Assembly: GCA_963617965.1 (NCBI GenBank)
Contig: CAVEQO010000006.1
Span: forward strand, 1,504-65,503
Direction: 5' to 3'
From: Anaerovoracaceae bacterium
Lineage (GTDB): Bacteria; Bacteroidota; Bacteroidia; Bacteroidales; Bacteroidaceae
DNA length: 64,000 nucleotides
In this document: piece after piece, positions 34,638 through 44,371 of the stretch
Position numbering within the stretch: the stretch's first letter is position 1
Layout: each line of letters opens with the position of its first letter
Made by a program: the position numbers and the translations under genes
Notes under the pieces: generated by a model
What the model was told of the DNA's origin: nothing
The model's database searches: none
What the model saw: the letters and a program-made list of their open reading frames with translations, nothing else

Positions 34638-36332
34638 ATGTATTTCAACTATAAGCGCCGCCAAACCGGTGAGGTCAACGTAGGCATCAAGCCTCTGGGT
34701 GGGGCAAACGCCATCCGTCTGCAGAGCATGACCACTACACCTACAGCCGACATAGAGGCATCGGTGAACCAATGCCTGCGCATTGTCAGGGCTGGAGCGG
34801 ACTATGTGAGGCTCACCGCTCAGGGAATGCGCGAAGTTGAGGCCTTGCGGGCAATCCGCGAAAGTCTGCGCAGTCGGGCGGTGCTTACTCCGTTGGTGGC
34901 TGACGTTCATTTCAATCCGTTGGTGGCCGATGCCGCCGCCGGGGTGGTTGAAAAGGTGCGCATTAACCCCGGCAACTATGTTGACAGCGCCCGCCGGTTC
35001 AGACAAATAGAGTATTCCACGGAAGAATATGCTGCGGAGCTGCAGAGGCTGCGCCAGCGTTTCACTGCATTCCTTGACATATGCAAAGCTCATGGCACGG
35101 CGGTACGCATAGGGGTCAATCACGGGTCTCTCAGCGACCGTATAATGAGTCGCTACGGCGACACTCCTCACGGCATTGTGGAGAGCTGTATGGAGTTCTT
35201 GCGCGTGTGCCGCGATGTGGACTTCAACGATGTGGTGCTGAGCATCAAGGCCAGCAATCCGTCGGTCATGGTGCGCTCGGTCAGGTTGCTTGTTGATCGG
35301 ATGGAGCGGGAGGATATGCATTATCCCCTGCACCTCGGAGTCACCGAAGCCGGCGAGGGATTCGATGGCCGTGTGGCGAGCGCGGCGGGCATAGGGGCTC
35401 TCCTTGCCGACGGGTTGGGTGACACCGTCAGGGTTTCGCTGAGCGAGGAGCCGGAACGTGAAATTCCTGTGGCGCGCAAGTTGACAGACCACGTCTTCAA
35501 ACGTCGCAAACACAATCTCATTCATGCCGTGCAGGCTCCCGGGTTTGACTATCTTGACCCGCAGCGCCGCCAGACCCGCAAGGTGGGCAATATCGGCGGC
35601 GGCAATGTGCCGGTTGTTGTCAGCGACCGTCCTGTGTCCGGTGGCAATCGCAAGCCTGACTATACCTTTGCGGAGCTTTGTGCCGTCCGTGAGGTGGTAA
35701 GGGTGGAGTTTGAACAGCTCACGCCCGAGCTGACGGAGCGTCTGCGCCTCAACCCCGATATCATAGTGGTAGGTGAGAGCCGCCATCTTAATCCTGTGGG
35801 CCATCTGCGTGCACTCGCCCACACGATGACAGTCCGCGGGCTGGAGAACCCTCTGATCATACACTTGGAGTATGCTCACAATCCGAATACCATTGAGGAT
35901 CATCTGATAGAGGCTGCTGCCGATGCTGCACCGCTGCTGTTTGACGGACTTGCCGATGGCCTGTGGCTAAGCGATTTCGCCGTGCCGGAAAGCACGGTGG
36001 TGCAGACGGCGTTTTCCATTCTTCAGGCTGTGGGGCAGAGGGTAACCTCAGTGCAGTATATCTCGTGCCCCGGCTGCGGGCGCACCCTATATGATTTAAG
36101 GTTGACTGTGGCGCGCATCAAGGCGGCTACGCAGTCGCTTCCTCCGATGAAGATTGCCGTCATGGGATGCATTGTCAACGGTCCCGGCGAAATGGCCGAT
36201 GCCGACTACGGCTACGTGGGTGCGGCGCGCGGCAAAATAAGCCTCTACAGGGGCAGGTCTTGCGTGGAGAAAAACATTCCAGAAGAACAGGCCGTGGAGC
36301 GGTTGCTGCAGCTGATAGAGCGGCAACGGTAG
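34638..36332 (+). CDS. ispG: 4-hydroxy-3-methylbut-2-en-1-yl diphosphate synthase (long form)
   Basis: 564 aa with the TIM-barrel N-domain (VRINPGN), an inserted domain, and the C-terminal 4Fe-4S motif CPGCGRT ... GCIVNGPGE. Confidence 0.9.
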   Translation: MYFNYKRRQTGEVNVGIKPLGGANAIRLQSMTTTPTADIEASVNQCLRIVRAGADYVRLTAQGMREVEALRAIRESLRSRAVLTPLVADVHFNPLVADAAAGVVEKVRINPGNYVDSARRFRQIEYSTEEYAAELQRLRQRFTAFLDICKAHGTAVRIGVNHGSLSDRIMSRYGDTPHGIVESCMEFLRVCRDVDFNDVVLSIKASNPSVMVRSVRLLVDRMEREDMHYPLHLGVTEAGEGFDGRVASAAGIGALLADGLGDTVRVSLSEEPEREIPVARKLTDHVFKRRKHNLIHAVQAPGFDYLDPQRRQTRKVGNIGGGNVPVVVSDRPVSGGNRKPDYTFAELCAVREVVRVEFEQLTPELTERLRLNPDIIVVGESRHLNPVGHLRALAHTMTVRGLENPLIIHLEYAHNPNTIEDHLIEAAADAAPLLFDGLADGLWLSDFAVPESTVVQTAFSILQAVGQRVTSVQYISCPGCGRTLYDLRLTVARIKAATQSLPPMKIAVMGCIVNGPGEMADADYGYVGAARGKISLYRGRSCVEKNIPEEQAVERLLQLIERQR

Positions 36333-36386
36333 CCGGCTTGGCGCAAAATGTCGGATGCTTTTCCTGTGGAAATCGGGCAAAAGGCG

Positions 36387-36394
36387 TATCTTTG
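36387..36394 (+). promoter_or_regulatory. -7 box (TATCTTTG) for dfx
   Basis: Matches TAnnTTTG, 39 nt upstream of the ATG at 36434. Confidence 0.45.
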
Positions 36395-36433
36395 TCCCCG
36401 TATCCGCAATATTAACCTTAAAACAAAACAAAC

Positions 36434-36814
36434 ATGACTAAGAACAGGGAAATCTATCGCTGCACTGTTTGCGGCAGCGTGGTGGAAGTTGTAAATCCGG
36501 GGACCGCCCCGAGTTGCTGTGGCCAACCGATGAAACTCATGAAAGAGAACATGACAGACGGAGCGAGGGAAAAGCATGTGCCGGTTGTCGAGAAAACGGA
36601 AGGAGGATTTCGGGTGAGTGTGGGGAGTGCGGCCCACCCGATGCAGCCGGAGCACTATATACAGTGGATAGAACTGCTCACGCCTGCCGCCGTGCTCCGT
36701 CATGAACTGAAACCTGGAGACAAACCGGAGACGGTCTTCCAGACGGAAGCCGCTGCCGGTGATGTGACAGCCCGCGAATACTGCAATTTGCACGGATTGT
36801 GGAAGAACGAGTAG
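36434..36814 (+). CDS. dfx: desulfoferrodoxin (superoxide reductase)
   Basis: 126 aa with the N-terminal desulforedoxin motif YRCTVCGSVVEVV ... CCGQPM and the C-terminal neelaredoxin centre-II region. Confidence 0.85.
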   Translation: MTKNREIYRCTVCGSVVEVVNPGTAPSCCGQPMKLMKENMTDGAREKHVPVVEKTEGGFRVSVGSAAHPMQPEHYIQWIELLTPAAVLRHELKPGDKPETVFQTEAAAGDVTAREYCNLHGLWKNE

Positions 36815-36833
36815 GGCTGAGGGCTAATCTCCA

Positions 36834-36880
36834 GAATAAAGCGGGACGGGCAAATGTTGTTTGTCCGTCCCACTTTATTC
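36834..36880. terminator. bidirectional terminator hairpin between dfx and the DUF2795 gene
   Basis: 21-nt arms GAATAAAGCGGGACGGGCAAA / TTTGTCCGTCCCACTTTATTC with one mismatch, one G:U pair and a 5-nt loop. Confidence 0.65.
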
Positions 36881-36927
36881 TTGCCCGCTGATAACCAGCG
36901 ACAATGTGTTTGGCTTGAAAGGGGGTG

Positions 36928-37149
36928 TCAGTACTCGTCCTCGTCAAAGAAGAAGTCTTCTTTTGTGGGATAGTCCGGCCATATGTCTTCTATTGTTTCG
37001 TATGCCTCGCCTTCGTCTTCAAGTTCCTGAAGGTTTTCCACCACCTCCATCGGAGCTCCCGAGCGCATGGCATAGTCAATGAGTTCTTCTTTGGTTGCCG
37101 GCCATGGCGCATCTTCAAGTTTTGATGCAAGTTCAAGTGTCCAATACAT
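36928..37149 (-). CDS. DUF2795 domain protein
   Basis: 73 aa, acidic. The sequence LEDAPWPATKEELIDYAMRSGAP is typical of DUF2795. Confidence 0.7.
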   Translation of the reverse strand: MYWTLELASKLEDAPWPATKEELIDYAMRSGAPMEVVENLQELEDEGEAYETIEDIWPDYPTKEDFFFDEDEY

Positions 37150-37183
37150 AGTCTTAAAAATGAGAGAGAAGTTGTTCGGGGTG

Positions 37184-37191
37184 CAAAAATA
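37184..37191 (-). promoter_or_regulatory. -7 box (TATTTTTG) for the DUF2795 gene
   Basis: Reverse complement of CAAAAATA, 34 nt upstream of the ATG. Confidence 0.45.
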
Positions 37192-37261
37192 ACAGAATAT
37201 CTTTTGATATGCGAATGTTTCTCTCTAAAAAGTGGGGCATAGTGTTAAAAATACGCAAATC

Positions 37262-37801
37262 CTATTTTTTAAGGATTTCATCGGTATTCGTTTGACGGTT
37301 GGCCTTGCGTGCAAGCACGAAGAAATAGTCTGAAAGGCGGTTGATATACCGCAGGACGGTATCGTCCACGTGGCATGCTTCTTTCATTGCGTAGATGCGG
37401 CGTTCCGCCCTGCGGCACACCGTGCGGCACACGTGCGCCTGAGCTGCCGCTGTACATCCTCCCGGCAGCACGAAAGCCTTGAGTTGGGGCAGTTCGGTCT
37501 GTATGGAGTCAATCTCCCTCTCTATCTCCGTTACTGTCTCCGGGTTGAGCGGGCGCGGTTGTCGCGCGGCGTTCGGCTCGGTTGCCAGTATTGCCGACAG
37601 GTCAAAGAGGGTTTGCTGTACGCTGCAGACAAAGTCGCGGTCGCGATGGTCGGCGAGCATGGCGCACAGAAGTCCGGCGTGGCTTGACAGCTCGTCTACG
37701 GTGCCGTAGGCTTCAAGGCGCGCGTGGGTCTTCGGTACCCTTGTGCCTCCGGCCAGCGAGGTCTGGCCGTTGTCTCCCGAGTGGGTGTAGATCTTGCTCA
37801 T
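37262..37801 (-). CDS. PduO-type ATP:cob(I)alamin adenosyltransferase
   Basis: 179 aa starting MSKIYTHSGDNGQTSL, with GTVDEL, FVLPGG and RAERR motifs. Confidence 0.85.
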   Translation of the reverse strand: MSKIYTHSGDNGQTSLAGGTRVPKTHARLEAYGTVDELSSHAGLLCAMLADHRDRDFVCSVQQTLFDLSAILATEPNAARQPRPLNPETVTEIEREIDSIQTELPQLKAFVLPGGCTAAAQAHVCRTVCRRAERRIYAMKEACHVDDTVLRYINRLSDYFFVLARKANRQTNTDEILKK

Positions 37802-37816
37802 GGTAGTGGCGTTTTG

Positions 37817-38368
37817 TCAGAAATTGATGATGAAATGTTGTTTGTAGTGGTCGGGAACCGCAATGGCTATGCCGCAGTCGTAGAGGTCAAATGTCAACGT
37901 TGCCTGCGGCATTGACAAAAGTTGTTGCCATCGGGCGTTGCCGGTGCGGTTCTCGTGTATGCCGGGTTGCACAATCATAGACCCGGCCTGCCAGTCTGCC
38001 GGCATAGGGGGAGCCGGTGACACGATGAGCAGGCGTCGTGTCTCTCCGTCTTGCGGCAGTGGGGCGAACTCTGCCGTGGCGCATCCGCGTTTCAGCAAAG
38101 CTCTGTAGGCTGTAGGCAGACTGTCGTCGAGACAAACAAGCGATGGACGTGTGAAGTTGGCGAGTCTGAACAGCAATTTTGCCTGTTTGCGCTCTGGCGG
38201 AGACAGGGTCTGCAGTTCCTTGTGCAGATCGTCGTAGGCATAGTAGGCAGACTTGTTGTTTACCACTTGCCAGACAAAATCGTATGCAAACGGCGACTGT
38301 ACTCCGTTGCCTCTTGTGAGGACAAAGTGTCGCAGACGCCCTGCGGCTCGTTTCAGTTTGCTGTTCAT
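37817..38368 (-). CDS. hypothetical protein (possible degenerate methyltransferase-like fold)
   Basis: 183-aa ORF packed between sbcC (7-nt gap) and the adenosyltransferase gene (15-nt gap). Only a weak resemblance (GVQSPFAYDFVWQVV) to the N-terminus of a Bacteroidota class I methyltransferase family, and no clear SAM motif. Confidence 0.5.
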   Translation of the reverse strand: MNSKLKRAAGRLRHFVLTRGNGVQSPFAYDFVWQVVNNKSAYYAYDDLHKELQTLSPPERKQAKLLFRLANFTRPSLVCLDDSLPTAYRALLKRGCATAEFAPLPQDGETRRLLIVSPAPPMPADWQAGSMIVQPGIHENRTGNARWQQLLSMPQATLTFDLYDCGIAIAVPDHYKQHFIINF

Positions 38369-38375
38369 GTGACTG

Positions 38376-41300
38376 TCAGTCGGTTACGGTTATGCGGCTC
38401 TTGCCGCCGGGTTCGGACTCAAGTTGTATCTTTGGGGAAATGCGGCTCCTGATTTCCTCCGTGTGGCTTATGATGCCAACTTTGCGTCTTTGGGTGTGCT
38501 GCAGGTTGCTCAGGGCGTCTATCACCATGTTGAGGTTGTTGGTGTCAAGGTTGCCGAAGCCCTCGTCAATGAACAGGCTGCCTATGTCGAGGTTGTTGCT
38601 CGACAGCGATGACAGTCCCAGGGCGAGGCTCAGGCTCACGATGAACGACTCACCGCCAGACAGGGAGTTGACGGGGCGGATCTGGTCAAACATATGGTGG
38701 TCTGTGACATAGAGTTGGAGAGTGCCGGGTTTTGCACGCAGTTTATAGCGCGGAGTCAGGTCTTCCAATTGCCGGTTGGCATAGCCCACCAGCGATTCAA
38801 ATGTGTAGCACTGGGCTATCTCACGGAAAGTTTTCCCGTCGGCACTGCCCAATACGCTGCACAGTCGCTGCCACGCCAAACAGTTGTCCTTGGTCTTTTC
38901 GAGTGTGGGAGCGAAATCGTCTGCGGCGCGCTTGCTTTCGTTGTGCGCTTTTATGAGGAAATCCGTTTGGTGCAGGTTTTCTTCGTTTTCTTTGGCGGCA
39001 ATGCGCAAATCCTCTTTCTTTGTCGTAAGCGACGCTTTGCTGTCTTCGGGGTCGCTGTCCGACGGGCGGTATGGCGAGGTTTCTACGTCAAGCATTGCGG
39101 CATTGGCAGCATCGACCTTGAAGTTTATGGCATCAAGTCTGGTCTTGAGGTTGGCGATATCGGCACGCAGTTTCGCCCAGTCTTGAGGGTTGGTGAAATA
39201 TTTGTCCAGTTCAAAATACTGTAGCGTGGCGTGCTCGTCCAGATTGAAGCGAGAGATGTCTATGTCGAGTTTGGTGCGCAGTTCCCGGTGTTCTTCCTCA
39301 CGGTCGCGGTATTGCCTGTTGAGGCTTTCAGTGCAGGAAGCAAGGCTCACGAGTTGCTCTTTCGCTTTGTTTGACTCGAGCTGTGCGGCATCGGCTCTGC
39401 TGCGTGCGGCATCCACGGCATGTGCGAGCCGGGCTGCCTCGCTGTCCACGGAGTGTCCGCCGAAGAGAGCCTGCAGTTCCTCCTTGTCTTTGTTGATTTC
39501 CTGCTGGAGGGTGTCCGCTTGGGTTGTCAGGGTCTGGCGCACGTTCTGCAGGTCTTCTATGCTGCTGGCTATTGCGTTGAGCTCCTGCTGTAGCCGGAAC
39601 TGCGAGTTTTCCTCTTTTTGCAGGGTTTCCGTGCAGGTGTCCCAGTGCTTCTTTCTGATTTGCAGTTCGTGGTCAAAAGCCTCGTAGGAGTTGGCCCAAC
39701 GCTCTTTCCATCCGTTTATGGTTATCAGGGGGGCTATGCGTGCCGTCTCTTCTGCGAGCAGGTGTCTGTTGTGCTCTGCATCCTGTTGCAGAGCCAGTAT
39801 GTTGTTTTCTGTCACGCTGCAGTTGGTGACGGTCTGTGCGCGGAGTCGCCCGTTTTCGGCAATCTTCGCCTGTAGAGCCTGTATGCGGGCGTTGAGGAGA
39901 TTGATTTCTTCCTGATGCTTGTTGAAGTCCGCAAACTGCCTGCTCACGGTGTCTCGCTCGTGGCACGAGTTCTCGTATATCTGGTGAAGACGTGTGTTGC
40001 GGCTGTAGCTGTTGACGCTGCTGTCGCATTGTCCAAAGCTGCTGTCAAGGTCGGCATAGGTTTTCCACGCTTCTGTGTTCTCCTCCTGCTCGTGGCGGAG
40101 CCGTTGCAGGAACTGTTCCAATACGGCTATCCGGCCCTGTTCCTCGTTATACAGGTTGAGCAGGGCGGAATGTTGTTCCATGGCCTGACGGAGATTTTCC
40201 TGTGCCGCGTTGAATTGCTCGGTGAGACTCTCAAGCAACAGCCCCAGATGCTGTTCCGAGTCGGAGTGATAGGGGTGGTGGCTTGAGCCGCATAGGGGAC
40301 ACGGCGAACCTTCCACAAGTTCCTGACGCAGGCTCTTGATGTCCTGGCTTTGGCTCATGGTATAGGTGCGGTGTACTTGTTCATAGGAGTCTTTGAGCAA
40401 TTGTACCTTCATGCCGAGATTTTCCGCATCTTTCTCTCTCTGCTTGTTGGCGGCTTTGCACTGGTGCAGTTCGTTGGTCTTGCTGTTTATTTCGGCGTAG
40501 CACGAGTCAATGCGTTTCCACAGGGTGATGGCGTTTTTGGAACGCACGACTTGATCAGACAGGGAATTGAGCTTCTGCTGCAGTTGGTTCGAGTCAATGC
40601 CCAGATTGGCTTGTTCGTGTATGTGCAGGTTGCTGTTCAGCTGCACGAGAGCTTCCTGCATGGTTCCGGCTTCGTCCCGCAGTCTGAGATCCTCTTCTTT
40701 CCAGTGTCGCAGCTTGCCGTTGTTGTCGCAAATGGATTCTTCGGCAGCCAGTATCGACAGGCGCATGGTGTTCATCTTGTCAAGCCGTGTACGTATCAGT
40801 TCGGTCTGGCTCATCATCGTACGGTGTTGCGCCATTGTCTGTAGGGTACGTTTTGCCTCGGCTATCCTTTCCTCGCAGCTTTTCAGTTCTCCGGCTTTGG
40901 CGCGGAGGTTGTCGTGGCGTTGTGTCAGGGTTTCCTCGTGGCGTGCCAGTTCGTGGCGTGTGCTTTTGAGTTGCTCTTCTGTTGCGGCAAGCTGTCCTTC
41001 AAGCCGCCGCCCTTTGTTTATGTTCGGCTGCTGTGCCGACAGTATCTGTTGTGCATTGAGCAGTTGCGTCCGGGCTTCGTCAAGCAGGGACTGGAGTTCT
41101 TCCGTTCTGCGTTTCGCACGCTCGGTCTGAGCCTCTTTTTCCGAGATGTCGTTTTTGCGGAGACGGAGATCCTGTTCTGCCTGTTTTATGGCGATGAACG
41201 TGGGGGCAAACGGTTGCAGCCTGTCGTAGCGTTCCAGCTCGCGCTGCCGGTCTGCCATGGCATTGGCCTCCTGTTGCACTTCCTGTTGTTCCCGTTTTTT

Positions 41301-42125
41301 ATGTTCAAGGTCTGCCATGGCCTTGTCGTGGCGGTCGTACCATTCCAATTGTCTGTCGATGCGTGTCAGCTCGTTGCTGTATTTCGTTTTCTGGCTGTTG
41401 CACAGGTTGAGGTTCTCTTCCGCCCTTTGCAGATCTTCTTCCGCCAGCTTGCCTTTGCTCAGCCCTTCCATGCGCTGCATCGCCCCGGTGTAGTCGCGTT
41501 CGGCATCTTTGGTCTTCAGGAAGATGCGCCGTGAAATCTCTGCGTAGATTTCTGTGCCCGTAATTTTTTCAAGCAACTGCGATTTTTCGGCTTTTTTCGC
41601 GGACAGAAAATTGGTGAAGCTGTTTTGTGCCAGAATAACCGTGCGTGTGAACTGGCTGTAGTCAAGTTTTATTATCCGGGTGATGAGGGACTGTACTTCC
41701 TTGTTCCTGTCGGCAAGGGTGGTGTGTTTGGGGTGAAGTTGTTCCAGACTGCGGTTCAGGGGCCTGAACTTGTTGTTGCGGTTCAGGCTTACGCTCCATA
41801 CGGCGAGATACTGGCTGTCGTCGCTGAGCGAGAAAGTCACTTTGCTGTAACCTTGTGTCGTGCCGCGCCGTAGCATATTGCACGTGTTGAAAATGTTGGG
41901 TGTGCTGTCATCGGCATTTTTGGCTGAGGCCTCCTTGTTGGCAAGTCGCGGGGCCTCGTTGTACAGGGCAAGGCAAATAGCATCGAGAATGGTGCTTTTG
42001 CCAGCCCCCGTATTGCCCGTGATGGCAAACAGTCCGGCCGACTTGAGGGGCTCCTGTGTGAAGTCAATGGACTGCTTGCCCTCTATTGACGCAAGGTTGC
42101 ATATTTCTATTTTGTCTATTCTCAT
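38376..42125 (-). CDS. sbcC: exonuclease SbcC (SMC-like ATPase)
   Basis: 1249 aa with N-terminal Walker A GNTGAGKST, a very long coiled coil carrying the central zinc hook CPLCGS, and the C-terminal signature LSGGESF with Walker B LFIDEGFG. Confidence 0.9.
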   Translation of the reverse strand: MRIDKIEICNLASIEGKQSIDFTQEPLKSAGLFAITGNTGAGKSTILDAICLALYNEAPRLANKEASAKNADDSTPNIFNTCNMLRRGTTQGYSKVTFSLSDDSQYLAVWSVSLNRNNKFRPLNRSLEQLHPKHTTLADRNKEVQSLITRIIKLDYSQFTRTVILAQNSFTNFLSAKKAEKSQLLEKITGTEIYAEISRRIFLKTKDAERDYTGAMQRMEGLSKGKLAEEDLQRAEENLNLCNSQKTKYSNELTRIDRQLEWYDRHDKAMADLEHKKREQQEVQQEANAMADRQRELERYDRLQPFAPTFIAIKQAEQDLRLRKNDISEKEAQTERAKRRTEELQSLLDEARTQLLNAQQILSAQQPNINKGRRLEGQLAATEEQLKSTRHELARHEETLTQRHDNLRAKAGELKSCEERIAEAKRTLQTMAQHRTMMSQTELIRTRLDKMNTMRLSILAAEESICDNNGKLRHWKEEDLRLRDEAGTMQEALVQLNSNLHIHEQANLGIDSNQLQQKLNSLSDQVVRSKNAITLWKRIDSCYAEINSKTNELHQCKAANKQREKDAENLGMKVQLLKDSYEQVHRTYTMSQSQDIKSLRQELVEGSPCPLCGSSHHPYHSDSEQHLGLLLESLTEQFNAAQENLRQAMEQHSALLNLYNEEQGRIAVLEQFLQRLRHEQEENTEAWKTYADLDSSFGQCDSSVNSYSRNTRLHQIYENSCHERDTVSRQFADFNKHQEEINLLNARIQALQAKIAENGRLRAQTVTNCSVTENNILALQQDAEHNRHLLAEETARIAPLITINGWKERWANSYEAFDHELQIRKKHWDTCTETLQKEENSQFRLQQELNAIASSIEDLQNVRQTLTTQADTLQQEINKDKEELQALFGGHSVDSEAARLAHAVDAARSRADAAQLESNKAKEQLVSLASCTESLNRQYRDREEEHRELRTKLDIDISRFNLDEHATLQYFELDKYFTNPQDWAKLRADIANLKTRLDAINFKVDAANAAMLDVETSPYRPSDSDPEDSKASLTTKKEDLRIAAKENEENLHQTDFLIKAHNESKRAADDFAPTLEKTKDNCLAWQRLCSVLGSADGKTFREIAQCYTFESLVGYANRQLEDLTPRYKLRAKPGTLQLYVTDHHMFDQIRPVNSLSGGESFIVSLSLALGLSSLSSNNLDIGSLFIDEGFGNLDTNNLNMVIDALSNLQHTQRRKVGIISHTEEIRSRISPKIQLESEPGGKSRITVTD

Positions 42126-42140
42126 TGTGTGTTGTCGTGT

Positions 42141-43397
42141 TCAGTTCAGGGACGGGGTTTCTTCTTCGTTGTTCTGCGCTTCCTGCACCGCAGCGTTGAA
42201 ACGTTCTATGATGTCATCGCTCATTTCCTCGCCTGTGACCTGCAGGTAAGCATCAAGGGCTATGTCAAGGGGTGTGCGTCTGAGCAGTTGCTCAAGAGTG
42301 TTGGATGACGGAGTGCCTGTCTTGGTGGAAGCCGGGACTTCTTTGACGAGTTTGCACAGCCTTGCGGCTTTGCTGTCGAGAGCATTGAGGATTTCGTTCT
42401 GTGCCGCTCCTCCGGCTTCGCTGTCCCGTAGTTTTATTTCAAGATATGGCCACAGGTCGTTGTCTTGCCTGCTTTTGTCGGGCAGTTGCCTTATCATGGC
42501 AAGAATGTCGCCCAGAGAAGCCGCACCGTTGTCCGGAAAGGAGACAACCCTGCGCAGGGGAGAGTATTCCACCTGCTCCACTACAAGTCCTCCTGTCGGC
42601 CCGACTGTCACTTTGTTTACTCCGCGACGGTAATGTTTTTCGGCAAAGCTCATCGGTATCGGACTGCCGGCATAGAAAACCATATGGTCGCCGCCCACCT
42701 GCTGGGCTTTGTGAATGTGCCCCAGTGCCACATAACTCACGTTGCGGTCAAGTGCATCTACATCGGTGCAGTCCTCGCCCCCTACCACAAGCCGTTCGGA
42801 GTGGTCGTTGAGGGCAACTTCCGCTCCCGCAGCGTATAGGTGAGCCATAAGTATTACGGGTGTATGCTTTCCGCAGGTCTTGTGCGCCCGCCCTGCCAAA
42901 TCGGCAAAAAACTCCTTGATGCTGTCCGTGCGCGGTTTGCCGGAATCCAGATCGGTGGGGCGTATGTAGGGCACGGCCAGCACTGCGGCACACTCGTCGG
43001 GGTTGTCGATTGCCCTTATTGGAACAATCAGGTCGTCAAGCACAGGTTGCCATTTCTCGTTGTGCCGTATATAGCCCCTTATCGTCACGCCGAGACCGTG
43101 CAGTAGCGAGGCGGGAGCCTGTAGTCGCCGCCCCGAATCGTGGTTGCCTGCGGTGATGATAACCTGCAACCCTTTGTACAGGTGGGTAACGGTGTTGAGG
43201 AACGTGTAGAGCTGCTCTTCGGCCTGTGCGGACGGGTTGGCGCAGTCAAACACGTCGCCGCTCACCAGCAGGGCGTCGGGCCGTTCTTCTTCTATGAGGT
43301 CTTGCAGCCATTTCAGGAAATGCCGGTGCTCGGTTGTGCGGTCAAAACCGTGGAAGTTGTCGCCGAGATGCCAGTCGGCAGTATGTATTATCTTCAT
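42141..43397 (-). CDS. sbcD: exonuclease SbcD (Mre11-type nuclease)
   Basis: 418 aa with calcineurin-like phosphoesterase motifs HTADWHLG, GDVFD, GNHD and GHIH. Confidence 0.9.
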   Translation of the reverse strand: MKIIHTADWHLGDNFHGFDRTTEHRHFLKWLQDLIEEERPDALLVSGDVFDCANPSAQAEEQLYTFLNTVTHLYKGLQVIITAGNHDSGRRLQAPASLLHGLGVTIRGYIRHNEKWQPVLDDLIVPIRAIDNPDECAAVLAVPYIRPTDLDSGKPRTDSIKEFFADLAGRAHKTCGKHTPVILMAHLYAAGAEVALNDHSERLVVGGEDCTDVDALDRNVSYVALGHIHKAQQVGGDHMVFYAGSPIPMSFAEKHYRRGVNKVTVGPTGGLVVEQVEYSPLRRVVSFPDNGAASLGDILAMIRQLPDKSRQDNDLWPYLEIKLRDSEAGGAAQNEILNALDSKAARLCKLVKEVPASTKTGTPSSNTLEQLLRRTPLDIALDAYLQVTGEEMSDDIIERFNAAVQEAQNNEEETPSLN

Positions 43398-43424
43398 GCT
43401 TGTATGCGAGAGTGTTGTTGACTA

Positions 43425-43432
43425 CAAAATTA
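43425..43432 (-). promoter_or_regulatory. -7 box (TAATTTTG) for the sbcD operon
   Basis: Reverse complement of CAAAATTA, 27 nt upstream of the ATG. Confidence 0.5.
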
Positions 43433-43516
43433 GCATAATTATGTGAGAACGCAGTTCAAGGCTGTCGTATAAAACAAATAGTTAATGGCGCAGCTTCTTT
43501 TGCGTCCGTTTTTCAC

Positions 43517-43524
43517 TACCTTTG
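43517..43524 (+). promoter_or_regulatory. candidate -7 box (TACCTTTG) for the metal ABC transporter genes
   Basis: Matches TAnnTTTG but ends only 4 nt before the ATG at 43529, implying a leaderless or near-leaderless mRNA if genuine. Confidence 0.3.
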
Positions 43525-43528
43525 CAAT

Positions 43529-44371
43529 ATGATACGTGCGTCTTTGCGGTATTCCCTTACAGTTGCTTCAGCAGCCGTGATGCTGTTGTTGGTTGGATGC
43601 TCCCCCGATACGGTACGGTGCAACTACAAGGCTTCCGTGACCATTGAGCCGCTCCGCTTTTTTGTCAACCGCCTGGCAGGTCCGCGCTGGCAGGTCAGCA
43701 CCGTGGTGCCCAAGGGCTTCAGCCCCGAGGAGTTCATGCCCACGGCAGGGCAGATGGCGGGTGTGGCAGAGTCCTGCTGCCTGTTCAAGGTGGGCAGGCT
43801 GGGCTTCGAGACTTCTGCGCTTGCCGATGCCGTGTCGGCGGGTGGCATATACGTGTGTGACACGTCCGAGGGACTGCATGCCCGCTCATCCGACCCCCAC
43901 ACATGGACATCGCCGGCCAATGCCCGGATTATTTGCCGTAACATCGCCCGTACCCTTGCGCGACTTGACACGGCTAACGCCCGGGAGTATGCCGCGCGTC
44001 TGCGCCTAGTGGAGGCCGGCATTGACTCTCTCCACAGGGAGTTGGCGGCTGTCACCGGAAAATTGCCGTCGCGTGCGTTCGTGATAGCCCATCCAGCCCT
44101 GACACAGTTCGCAGAAGACTACGGACTGCACCAGATTGCCATAGAGAGTGGGGGCAAGGAGCCTACACCGGGTGTGGTGAAGGAACTCATAAACAGGGCG
44201 CGCAAGGAAAGGGTGAGGGTCGTCTTTGTGCAACAGGAGTTCGCTGAAAACGCCGCTCTGGTCATAGCGGAGGAAACGGGTGCGCGCATTGTGCGTATCA
44301 ATCCTTTGGCATACGACTGGAGCGGACAGCTTATGCTAGTGGCACGCTCACTTGAAAATGCAACAGAATGA
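43529..44371 (+). CDS. metal (Zn/Mn-type) ABC transporter substrate-binding lipoprotein
   Basis: 280 aa with a lipoprotein signal ending LLVGC. ZnuA/TroA-like fold features include DPHTW. Metal specificity was not determined. Confidence 0.75.
   Translation: MIRASLRYSLTVASAAVMLLLVGCSPDTVRCNYKASVTIEPLRFFVNRLAGPRWQVSTVVPKGFSPEEFMPTAGQMAGVAESCCLFKVGRLGFETSALADAVSAGGIYVCDTSEGLHARSSDPHTWTSPANARIICRNIARTLARLDTANAREYAARLRLVEAGIDSLHRELAAVTGKLPSRAFVIAHPALTQFAEDYGLHQIAIESGGKEPTPGVVKELINRARKERVRVVFVQQEFAENAALVIAEETGARIVRINPLAYDWSGQLMLVARSLENATE

Noticed and set aside
38376-43397. Large ATPase plus nuclease pair considered as a defence system (Lamassu/Wadjet/Gabija-like)
   Set aside because: The zinc-hook CPLCG in a continuous coiled coil, the Mre11-type phosphoesterase motifs and the gene order are those of canonical housekeeping SbcCD. 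No accessory defence genes are nearby.
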